The notes under the pieces are model-generated. The model made no database searches. It was not told the DNA's origin and saw only the letters and a program-made list of their open reading frames with translations. The position numbers were made by a program, and so were the translations under genes. Positions 1 to 7,587 of a stretch of DNA of 11,805 bases are shown piece by piece. Numbering within the stretch: the first letter of the stretch is position 1; the number at the start of each line of letters is the position of its first letter. This DNA comes from Deltaproteobacteria bacterium (lineage in GTDB: Bacteria > Desulfobacterota > Binatia > UBA12015), in NCBI GenBank assembly GCA_046583355.1, contig JAYGCM010000061.1, positions 1-11,805 on the forward strand, in the 5' to 3' direction.

Positions 1-1
1 T

Positions 2-145
2 GTCGTGATGCTGGAACCAGGGCCGTTTCGGGTGGTTGCGGTTCAGGGTGCCGATGTCGTGATCGAGGGGCCGAATGGGGCCACGCGGAAGGTTCGCGAG
101 ATCGCGGTTCGCAAGATCGACCGGGAGCCTCCGGTTCAACGCTGA
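2..145 (+). CDS. 3' end of an unidentified ORF entering from the left edge (partial; hypothetical protein, possibly a small SH3-like beta domain)
   Basis: Frame 2 is open from base 2 to TGA at 143-145: VVMLEPGPFRVVAVQGADVVIEGPNGATRKVREIAVRKIDREPPVQR*. Mostly G/C third positions and beta-strand-like pattern. Not in the supplied ORF track; translated by hand. Confidence 0.6.
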   Translation, partial: VVMLEPGPFRVVAVQGADVVIEGPNGATRKVREIAVRKIDREPPVQR

Positions 146-177
146 TCGGGGCCAAGGAAACGCCCGGCCTCCATGCT

Positions 178-193
178 CCCGGAACGCTCCGGG
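178..193. terminator. Small GC hairpin between convergent genes (possible weak or bidirectional terminator or stabilising stem)
   Basis: CCCGGA-ACGC-TCCGGG is a perfect 6-bp stem in the 66-bp gap between the stops at 145 (+) and 212 (-). No clear U-tract on either strand. Confidence 0.3.
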
Positions 194-211
194 CTTCGCC
201 TGAACGCAAGG

Positions 212-2326
212 TCAGCGCGGGAACGCTGCCGCGACCCCGCCGTCGACCGGGAGGGTTGCTCCTGTGGTCGGGGTTTCGCAGGCGGCGAAGAAGACCACGG
301 CGCGGCCGACGTCGGCTCCGCTGATCTTTGCGTGGAGGAGATTGCGCTTGCGGTAATGCTCTTCCAACTCGGTGGGCTCAAGACCTTTGGAGCGGGCGCG
401 ATCGGCGCCGATTTCGTTCCATAGGCCCGAGGTGGTTTCGCCTTCGGCGAAGACCGCGTCTGCATTGATCATATTCACGCGGATGCCTTCGGGCGCGAGC
501 TCGATGGCGGCGACCTTGCCGAGTTGGTGGCCGGCGGCCTTGGACGCACTATAGGCACCGAAATCCGCGCCCGGGCCGAAGACGTTCTTGGAGGCATTGA
601 TGACGATATTGCCGCCCGTGCCCTGAGTTCGCATGATCCGCGCGCCTTCGCGCATGGTGCGATAATAGCCACCGAAATTCACCGCCATCACGCGATCGAA
701 ATCAGGACTTGCCATATCGACCAGCGCGTTCACATGCGCGATACCGGCGTTCGGTACGACGATATCCACGCCACCGAATTGTCGGCAGGTCGCATCGAAG
801 GCGGCGCGCACGGAGGCATCATCGGTCACATCCATTTCCACAGCCAGGCATCCGCCCGCGCCGGTGATCGCCGCGACGCGCTGGCGCGCCTTCTCCAGGC
901 CTTCGGTATCCACGTCACCAAGCACCACCTGGGCTCCGGCACGGGCCAGCTCCAAGGCAATGCCGATGCCGATCGCGCCGGCGGCACCCGTTACCAGAGC
1001 AACTTGACGCGCTAGCGGCTTCTCGGCCGCCTTGCCGAGCTTGGCCTGCTCGAGGCTCCAATATTCCATATCGAAGAGGTGGGCGTCGGGCAGCCCTTGG
1101 TAGCTGCCGACCGCATCGCCGAGCGCGCGGATGCGCAAGGTATGTTCGGTGAGATCGGCGGCAATGGCCGCGTCCTTGGCACTCTTGCCCGCACAGAAAA
1201 TCCCGACACCCGGAATCAGCACGACGCGCGGGTCGCTGTCGAGCCGGGTTTTCTCGACGCCCTTGGTCTGCACCTGCTCGGCAAAATAGGCGTTATAAGC
1301 CTCGCGGGAGGCGTCGATCGCCGTGCGCAGCAGAGCCTCGGTCGCGGTGGTATCGCTCGCATCCGGAAGCTCGACAAAGACCGGCCGTGATTTGGTGCGG
1401 ATCACGTGGTCGGGCGTAAGCGGGCCGCGTTGCGAGCGCTCGGCGCTGCCGGTCTCCGCCAACAGGGCCAGGATCTCGGGCGAGGAGCGCCATTCCAACA
1501 CCATGCGACGATGGCTTTGCGGCGCGTCGGGCGTCGGCTGGGCAAGCAGGCCGCGCAGGATCGGTGCGATCGCGGCAGCGGCGGTGGCCGCGCTTGCCGC
1601 GCTACCGGCATCGGATGCCGGGGCCGTGGCCGCAGTCCCGCGCATGCCGGCGAGATGGCGCTCGGCGCGGTCGACGAGTTCGATCGTGCGCTCGTAGCTG
1701 GTGCGGGCGTCGTCACCAAAGGTGAAGAGGCCATGTTTGAGCAGCACCATGCCCTCGGCCTCCGGATTGGTCTCGAAGACCTCGGCGGCGAGTTTTGCCA
1801 GATCGAATCCTGGCATGACGTAGGGAACCACCAGCACCTTATCGCCCAAGGCCGCGCGCACCAGCGCTTCGCCATCGGGTTGGTTGGTGAGACCGAGGAT
1901 CGCATCCGCGTGCGTATGGTCGATGAAACGGTGCGGCAAAAACGCATGCAGGAGTGTCTCGACCGAGGGGTTGGGCGAGGTCGAGTCGAAGAGGCGGATG
2001 CGTTGCTGGTTCACCATCTCCTCGTCGCTCAGGCTGTCCAGAGCGCGCAGCTCGCGCAGCGGCTCGAGCGCCAATGCGGGCAGGCCCGGAGGCTCGATCG
2101 AGTCGAGATCCCAGCCGGAACCCTTCACGCACAAAGCCGTAAGTTCACGGCCGAGGACATCGGACTTCGTCGTCTTGACCGAAGTATTGCCGCCCCCATG
2201 CATGACGAGTTCGGCGTCGCGGCCGATCAGCCGCGAGGTATAGACGCGCAAAGCGATATCCTCGCCCCACTCCGCGTAACGATCCCGATATTCCTGTGCT
2301 TCCTGATCCGACCAGAGACTTTTCAT
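212..2326 (-). CDS. Bifunctional class II aldolase / short-chain dehydrogenase (RhaEW/YuxG-like fusion family), 704 aa, substrate uncertain
   Basis: N-terminal aldolase II motifs: GGGNTSVK, VKGSGWDL, PSVETLLH, HTH, KHG, TPDHVIRTK, and linker EYWSLEQAKL. C-terminal SDR motifs: VTGAAGAIG, NAG, YSASK (YxxxK), and family-typical end DGGVAAAFPR. SD-like AGAGGG precedes the ATG. Confidence 0.9.
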   Translation of the reverse strand: MKSLWSDQEAQEYRDRYAEWGEDIALRVYTSRLIGRDAELVMHGGGNTSVKTTKSDVLGRELTALCVKGSGWDLDSIEPPGLPALALEPLRELRALDSLSDEEMVNQQRIRLFDSTSPNPSVETLLHAFLPHRFIDHTHADAILGLTNQPDGEALVRAALGDKVLVVPYVMPGFDLAKLAAEVFETNPEAEGMVLLKHGLFTFGDDARTSYERTIELVDRAERHLAGMRGTAATAPASDAGSAASAATAAAAIAPILRGLLAQPTPDAPQSHRRMVLEWRSSPEILALLAETGSAERSQRGPLTPDHVIRTKSRPVFVELPDASDTTATEALLRTAIDASREAYNAYFAEQVQTKGVEKTRLDSDPRVVLIPGVGIFCAGKSAKDAAIAADLTEHTLRIRALGDAVGSYQGLPDAHLFDMEYWSLEQAKLGKAAEKPLARQVALVTGAAGAIGIGIALELARAGAQVVLGDVDTEGLEKARQRVAAITGAGGCLAVEMDVTDDASVRAAFDATCRQFGGVDIVVPNAGIAHVNALVDMASPDFDRVMAVNFGGYYRTMREGARIMRTQGTGGNIVINASKNVFGPGADFGAYSASKAAGHQLGKVAAIELAPEGIRVNMINADAVFAEGETTSGLWNEIGADRARSKGLEPTELEEHYRKRNLLHAKISGADVGRAVVFFAACETPTTGATLPVDGGVAAAFPR

Positions 2327-2360
2327 CGCCCTCTGTATAACGGAAGCGCAGAGAAAAGGA

Positions 2361-3725
2361 CTAATCGACGAAGGGGTTGCGGCCCTTCTTGGTGCGCACG
2401 GTCAAACGCATCGGCACGCCCACCCAGCCGGCCGCCTCGCGCAGGCGGTGCATCAGGAAACGCTTCCACGACTCGGGCAATTCCTCGCTGCCGGTCGTGA
2501 AGAGCACGATCTCCGGCGGCGAGGTGCGAGCCTGGGTCGCATAGAGGATGCGCATCGGGCGTTTGCGTGCCGAGAGCGGCGGCGGATTATCGTACACAGC
2601 CTTCTCGACCAATCGGTTGAGATTCGCTGTCGAGATCCGTCGCTCGAAGGCCGCCAGCACCTCGTCCACCGCGCGCAGCAGCGTCGGGATGCCCTTGCCG
2701 GTCGTGGCGCTGATCTGCACCAGGGGCACCGGCGGCCATTGCGGCAGCAGGTTGGCGATCTGCTCGTGGCATTGTTCGGCCGCGAGGTTGGGCGTGAGAT
2801 CCATTTTGTTGACCGCGAAAACCATGCCACGCGACTTGCGCCAGGCCAGGTCGGCGAGTTTCAGGTCCTGATCGGTGACGCCGACCTGCGCGTCCAGAAG
2901 CAGGATGCCCACTTGTGCGCGCACCAGCGCACGGACCGAGGCGTTGGCGGCATAGCCTTCGATATCTTCGTGGATCCGACCTTTTTTGCGCAGCCCCGCC
3001 GTGTCGACGAAACGATAGCGTCGTCCTTTGACCTCGATGACGGTATCGACCGCGTCGCGTGTCGTGCCGGCAACCGAGTCGACCAGCGAGCGCTCGAAGC
3101 CGGCGAGTTGATTGAGCAAGGACGATTTGCCGACATTCGGCCGCCCGATCAGGGCGATGGACGGCAGGCGCTCGCGCGGTCCCGCGGCGCCTTCTGCCGC
3201 ATCCGCCGCCTCTTCGGCGGCCGCGCGATGGCGGTTGATCTCGGCCCAAAGCTCGCGCATGCCGCGGCCATGCGCCGTGGAAAGAGGCATCAATTTCTTG
3301 GCACCGAGCTGCGCGAAATCATAAATCCGATCTTCATGCCCGCCGCCATCGATCTTGTTGATCGCGACGATCAGAGGCACGCCGATCTGGCGAATTTTGG
3401 CCGCGACCTCGCGGTCGGCCGGCGAGAAACCCGCCGCTCCATCGAGCAAATAGACGACCACATCCGAGCGGCCCAAGACCTCGAGGCTACGCGCCTCGAC
3501 CCTCCGGCCGAGCGCTCCGTCGACGCCGCCGGATTCGATGCCACCCGTATCGATCAATTCGAATTCGTTGTCGTTCTTGCGGAAAAAGGCGCGGTTCTCG
3601 TCGCGCGTCACACCCGGCGTCTCGTGTACGATCGCGTGGCGTCGGCCAAGCATCCGGTTGAAGAGTGTGGATTTGCCCGCGTTTGGTCGTCCGGCGATCG
3701 CGACGATGAAGGGAGCGCGACTCAC
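2361..3725 (-). CDS. der: Ribosome biogenesis GTPase Der/EngA, 454 aa
   Basis: Two tandem GTPase domains (GRPNAGKS/PGVTRD/DTGG/NKID and GRPNVGKS/GTTRD/DTAG/NKMD) plus a C-terminal KH-like domain. GTG start overlaps the era stop (GTGA, 3722-3725), with SD GAGGAG 8 nt upstream. Confidence 0.97.
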   Translation of the reverse strand: MSRAPFIVAIAGRPNAGKSTLFNRMLGRRHAIVHETPGVTRDENRAFFRKNDNEFELIDTGGIESGGVDGALGRRVEARSLEVLGRSDVVVYLLDGAAGFSPADREVAAKIRQIGVPLIVAINKIDGGGHEDRIYDFAQLGAKKLMPLSTAHGRGMRELWAEINRHRAAAEEAADAAEGAAGPRERLPSIALIGRPNVGKSSLLNQLAGFERSLVDSVAGTTRDAVDTVIEVKGRRYRFVDTAGLRKKGRIHEDIEGYAANASVRALVRAQVGILLLDAQVGVTDQDLKLADLAWRKSRGMVFAVNKMDLTPNLAAEQCHEQIANLLPQWPPVPLVQISATTGKGIPTLLRAVDEVLAAFERRISTANLNRLVEKAVYDNPPPLSARKRPMRILYATQARTSPPEIVLFTTGSEELPESWKRFLMHRLREAAGWVGVPMRLTVRTKKGRNPFVD

Positions 3726-4615
3726 AGGCCCAACTCCTCAAGGCTGCGCGGCCGGGTAAACCAGCCCGCATCGACCTTCACATGCAACGCGAGATAAATC
3801 CGCACACCCAGGAAACTCTCCAGGCCGAGACGCGCACGACGGCCGATTTCCTTGATCCGCGCGCCTTTTTCGCCCAATACGATGGCGCGTTGCGAGGTAC
3901 GCGCGACGACAATCTGCGCTTCAATCACGATCAGGTCCTTGGCTGGCTTTTCCTCGAAGGCATCGATGCGCACAGCCGCCTGATAGGGCACCTCCTGGTG
4001 GGTACAGAAGAGCAATTGCTCGCGAACCATCTCGGCGGCGAAGAAGCGCTCAGGCAGATCGGTCTGGAAATCCTCGGGAAAGAGCGCCGGGGATTCCGGC
4101 AGACACGCCTCGAGGGTATCCATAAGGTCATCGAGGTTGTCACCGCGCAGCGCCGAGATCGGGATGACATGACGGCCGGGCAGAAACTCGGCGATCTTTT
4201 TCATCAAAGGCAAAATCTGCGGGCGCTTGATGCGGTCGATCTTGTTCAAGGCGACAATGACCGGCCGTTTGTCGGCCGCCAACCTCGGCAAGGTGCGTTC
4301 GTCCTCGGCCAGCAGGCCGGCCTGAGCATCGATCACCCAGAGGACGATATCGGCATCCGCGAGGCTTTGGTTCGCGACCTTGACCATGCGTTCGCCGAGA
4401 AGGTTCTGCGCATCGTGCATGCCCGGCGTATCGACAAAAATGAACTGCGCCCCCGGCCGTGTCTCCACGCCGAGAATGCGGTGCCGCGTCGTCTGCGGCT
4501 TGGGCGTGACGATCGCCAATTTGCAGCCGAGAAGCTCGTTGAGGAGCGTCGATTTGCCCGCGTTGGTGCGACCAACCAAGGCAATGAATCCCGCGCGGCT
4601 CATTTCCTTTGTCAT
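3722..4615 (-). CDS. era: GTPase Era, 297 aa
   Basis: GRTNAGKS, PQTTR, DTPG, NKID, HQEVPY and KH motif VLGEKGARIKEIG. Follows rnc with an ATGA overlap (4612-4615) and SD GAGGTG. Confidence 0.97.
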   Translation of the reverse strand: MTKEMSRAGFIALVGRTNAGKSTLLNELLGCKLAIVTPKPQTTRHRILGVETRPGAQFIFVDTPGMHDAQNLLGERMVKVANQSLADADIVLWVIDAQAGLLAEDERTLPRLAADKRPVIVALNKIDRIKRPQILPLMKKIAEFLPGRHVIPISALRGDNLDDLMDTLEACLPESPALFPEDFQTDLPERFFAAEMVREQLLFCTHQEVPYQAAVRIDAFEEKPAKDLIVIEAQIVVARTSQRAIVLGEKGARIKEIGRRARLGLESFLGVRIYLALHVKVDAGWFTRPRSLEELGL

Positions 4616-5313
4616 CGGGACACCTCGCCACTGCTGGCCGCCAGGCGCTCGATCGCCACTGCCGCCGCTGCCTGCTCGGCCAATTTCTTGCTGCTACCGC
4701 GACCCTGTCCATAGAACCGTCCCTGCACCGAAACACTCACCTCATACTCCTTTGCGTGATCCGGGCCTTGCTCGCGCACCAGTTCATATTGCGGCGTCTC
4801 CTGAAACACGCGCTGCGTGAGTTCCTGGAGATGCGTCTTGGATTCTCCGCGCCCGTCGTCGAGCGGCGCCGCGATCAGCGCCGCGAACGCCGTCTCGATA
4901 CAGCGAAAGGCCGCAGCGAAACCACCGTCGAGGTAGAGCGCACCGACCACGGCCTCGTAGGCACCGGCCAGAATCGATTCTTTCTCGCGGCCGCCGGTTT
5001 TCTCCTCACCGCGGCCGAGCATCAAGAAGTGGCCGAGTTCGATACTTCGCGCCTGATCCGCCAATGAGCCGGCGTTGACCAACTCGGCGCGGCGTCGCGA
5101 AAGCTGGCCCTCGTCGGCCAGCGGCCACATCCGCTGCAGCAGGTCGGCGATCACCAAGCCCACCACAGCATCGCCGAGAAATTCGAGCCGTTCGTTGTCT
5201 TTACCATTGCCGGCATTCCTGGAGCGGTGCACCAAAGCCGTCTCGAGGAAGTCGCGGTCGGCGAACGCATGCTGCAGAACGCCCTCCAACGCGGCTGTCG
5301 AAGATTCGTTCAT
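4612..5313 (-). CDS. rnc: Ribonuclease III, 233 aa from the ATG at 5313
   Basis: Signature NERLEFLGDAV, GRGEEKTGGR, EAVVGALYLDGG, and dsRBD KTHLQE...GPDH...GRGSSKKLAEQAAA. Start placed at ATG 5313 (ATGA overlap with the mnmA stop, 5310-5313) rather than the track's GTG at 5328. Confidence 0.96.
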   Translation of the reverse strand: MNESSTAALEGVLQHAFADRDFLETALVHRSRNAGNGKDNERLEFLGDAVVGLVIADLLQRMWPLADEGQLSRRRAELVNAGSLADQARSIELGHFLMLGRGEEKTGGREKESILAGAYEAVVGALYLDGGFAAAFRCIETAFAALIAAPLDDGRGESKTHLQELTQRVFQETPQYELVREQGPDHAKEYEVSVSVQGRFYGQGRGSSKKLAEQAAAAVAIERLAASSGEVSR

Positions 5314-6455
5314 GGCGACGAGATCCACCCGCCACCCAGGACCTTGGAGCCATCGTACCAGACAGCCGCTTGCCCCGGCGAGACGCTCCGGGCTTCTTCG
5401 AGCAGCTCTACCTCAACCCTCTCGCCGCGCGGATGCAGGCGGCAGGGTACGAGTTTTTGGCGATGCCGCAGGCGCACCTGCGCCGTGCCGCTATGGCAGC
5501 CTTCGGTCCAGCTCACGCCCTCGACCACCAAAGAGGTATGTTGCAGGTCGGCTGCCTTTCCCAGGCGCACTTCGCCGCTCGCGGCGTCGATCGCGGTCAC
5601 GTATTGTTTTTCGCTCGCGCCGCCGGGCAGGCCCTTGCGCTGCCCGATGGTGAAATGATGAACGCCGGAATGCTCGCCGACCCGGCGCCCCGAGGCATCG
5701 ACGATCGCGCCACTGCGGATACGCTCCGCGCCTGCGCGCTCCTCGACAATATCGGCGTAGCTGCGCCCAGCGACAAAACAGATATCTTGACTCTCGGCCT
5801 TGTCGGCGACCGACAATTCCAGCGCCCGGGCAAGCTCGCGAACCGCGCCCTTGGCAAGATCACCGATGGGGAAGAGCGTCCGCGCGAGTTCGGCCTCTTG
5901 TAGCGTAAAGAGAAAATAGCTCTGGTCTTTGTCGGCGTCGCGGCCGGTATGCAATTCGAACCCGGCCTCGCCCGGCACGATCCGGCAATAATGCCCGGTG
6001 GCTACGGCCTCAGCGCCGGCCGTGCGGGCATAATCCCAGAACGCATCGAATTTCACATCCCGGTTGCAAAGCGTGCACGGGTTCGGTGTCCGACCCGCCA
6101 AATAGGTCTCGACAAAGGGTACGATTACCTTCTTCTCGAAGAGGTCACGCAGGTCGACCACATAATGCGGCACGTCCAGAAGCGCGCTGACGCGCCGGGC
6201 ATCGTCGAAATCGTCGAGCGAACAGCAGCCCGAATGCCCCTCGGCACGCGGTGCGGAGTTGCCCAGGCGCATCGACACGCCGAGCACATCAAAACCGGCC
6301 GCCCGCAGCACCGCCGTCGCGACGGAACTATCTACGCCGCCCGACATCGCAGAAACAATCCGCGTACCCGGCGCCTTGCGAGCCAGCAGATCGGTAAAGA
6401 CCTTGTCGGAGCCGAGCACCGACACGATCCGCTCGCGGAGGTCATCAGGCGTCAT
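5310..6455 (-). CDS. mnmA: tRNA-specific 2-thiouridylase MnmA, 381 aa
   Basis: PP-loop MSGGVDS, TPNPCTLCN, ATGHY, KDQSYFL, ESQDICF, FTIGQRKGL, PGQAAVWY. Strong SD GGAGGTG and an ATGA overlap with the upstream desulfurase (6452-6455). Confidence 0.97.
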   Translation of the reverse strand: MTPDDLRERIVSVLGSDKVFTDLLARKAPGTRIVSAMSGGVDSSVATAVLRAAGFDVLGVSMRLGNSAPRAEGHSGCCSLDDFDDARRVSALLDVPHYVVDLRDLFEKKVIVPFVETYLAGRTPNPCTLCNRDVKFDAFWDYARTAGAEAVATGHYCRIVPGEAGFELHTGRDADKDQSYFLFTLQEAELARTLFPIGDLAKGAVRELARALELSVADKAESQDICFVAGRSYADIVEERAGAERIRSGAIVDASGRRVGEHSGVHHFTIGQRKGLPGGASEKQYVTAIDAASGEVRLGKAADLQHTSLVVEGVSWTEGCHSGTAQVRLRHRQKLVPCRLHPRGERVEVELLEEARSVSPGQAAVWYDGSKVLGGGWISSP

Positions 6456-7585
6456 GCATCACCTCCGCGCGCCCGGGCCACCACGGCGACAATCGCTTCC
6501 AGGGCGTCATCGATCGCGGCGGCATCGAGATCGCTGCCGATCGAAAATCGAACAACAGAGCGGGCGGAATCCTCATCATGGCCCAAGGCCAGTAACACAG
6601 GAGATGGCTCCGGCGCTCCTGCGGCGCAGGCCGAGCCTGTCGAGGCCGCCACGCCGGCGGAATCCAGCGCCACAATGAGGCCATCGCCGCGCAGGCCGAT
6701 AAACGAAACCGCGAGCGTACCAGCGAGGCCGGCCGGGTCGCCGATACGACGGATTCCCGAGACACGCTGGGAAAGTCCCGCCCAGAGCCGGTCGCGTAGG
6801 GCCTGCACCTGTGCCTGGCGAGCGCTGCGGCCCTCCCGGGCCAGCCTGGCCGCGACACCGAAGCCGATGATCCCGAGCAGATTCTCGGTGCCCGCGCGGC
6901 GTTCGCGTTCCTGCGAGCCACCACGCAGCTGGGAGATCAGTGCAACGCCGCGGCGCACGAAAAGCGCACCGATGCCGGCCGGTGCGCCGAGTTTGTGGCC
7001 CGAGAGGCTGAGCAGATCGATGCCCACCGCGCCGACATCGATCTCTTCGAGCCCTGCCGCCTGCACCGCGTCGCTATGCAGCAGCGGGCGCTCGGCCGGC
7101 GGGAGCTCGGCCAGTCCGGCCGCAACCGCAACCAAAGGCTGCCTTGTGCCGATCTCGCCATTCGCCCAGCCCAGGCTCAAGAGGCGCGCTCCGCGTGCCT
7201 GGCGGATCGTATCCGCGGCCGATACCGCGCCGGTGGCGTCGAGCTCGAGCCATTCCACCTGGGCACCGCGCTCGGCCGCCAATTCCAAATTGCGCAGCAC
7301 CGAGGCATGCTCGATCCGCGTCGAGACGGCGCGCTCGCCGCAGCCGAGCGTGCCGAGAATTGCCAGCCCATTGGCCTCGCTGCCCGAGCCCGTAAAGACG
7401 ATCTCGGCCGGTTCGGCGTGCAGCAGGGCGGCCACCTCATCGCGGGCGGCCTCCATGGCGTCGCGCGCCCGCCGCCCCGCAGCGTGCAGGCTGGAGGGAT
7501 TGGCGACTGGCTGCTGCAGCCAATCGCGGATCGCCGCGGCGACCTCGGCGCGGATCCGCCCACCCGCATTATGGTCGAGGTACAT
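6452..7585 (-). CDS. iscS: Group I cysteine desulfurase (IscS/NifS-like), 377 aa
   Basis: YLDHNA, NPSSLH, EHASV, DAVQA, PLP-lysine motif SLSGHK, GGSQE..RAGTEN, catalytic loop STGSAC, RFSIG. Family call is firm; orthology to iscS versus a YrvO-like paralog is not. Confidence 0.93.
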   Translation of the reverse strand: MYLDHNAGGRIRAEVAAAIRDWLQQPVANPSSLHAAGRRARDAMEAARDEVAALLHAEPAEIVFTGSGSEANGLAILGTLGCGERAVSTRIEHASVLRNLELAAERGAQVEWLELDATGAVSAADTIRQARGARLLSLGWANGEIGTRQPLVAVAAGLAELPPAERPLLHSDAVQAAGLEEIDVGAVGIDLLSLSGHKLGAPAGIGALFVRRGVALISQLRGGSQERERRAGTENLLGIIGFGVAARLAREGRSARQAQVQALRDRLWAGLSQRVSGIRRIGDPAGLAGTLAVSFIGLRGDGLIVALDSAGVAASTGSACAAGAPEPSPVLLALGHDEDSARSVVRFSIGSDLDAAAIDDALEAIVAVVARARGGDA

Positions 7586-7587
7586 TA

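Noticed and set aside
1570..1650. Ala-rich stretch in the aldolase/SDR (TAATAPASDAGSAASAATAAAA), and a similar one in the Der linker near 3180-3225
   Set aside because: In-frame variable linkers with no exact DNA repeat unit; common in GC-rich genomes.
5314..5328. Longer rnc start (GTG at 5328, MDLVA extension) from the ORF track
   Set aside because: The ATG at 5313 gives the same ATGA overlap as the other junctions and a normal RNase III length.
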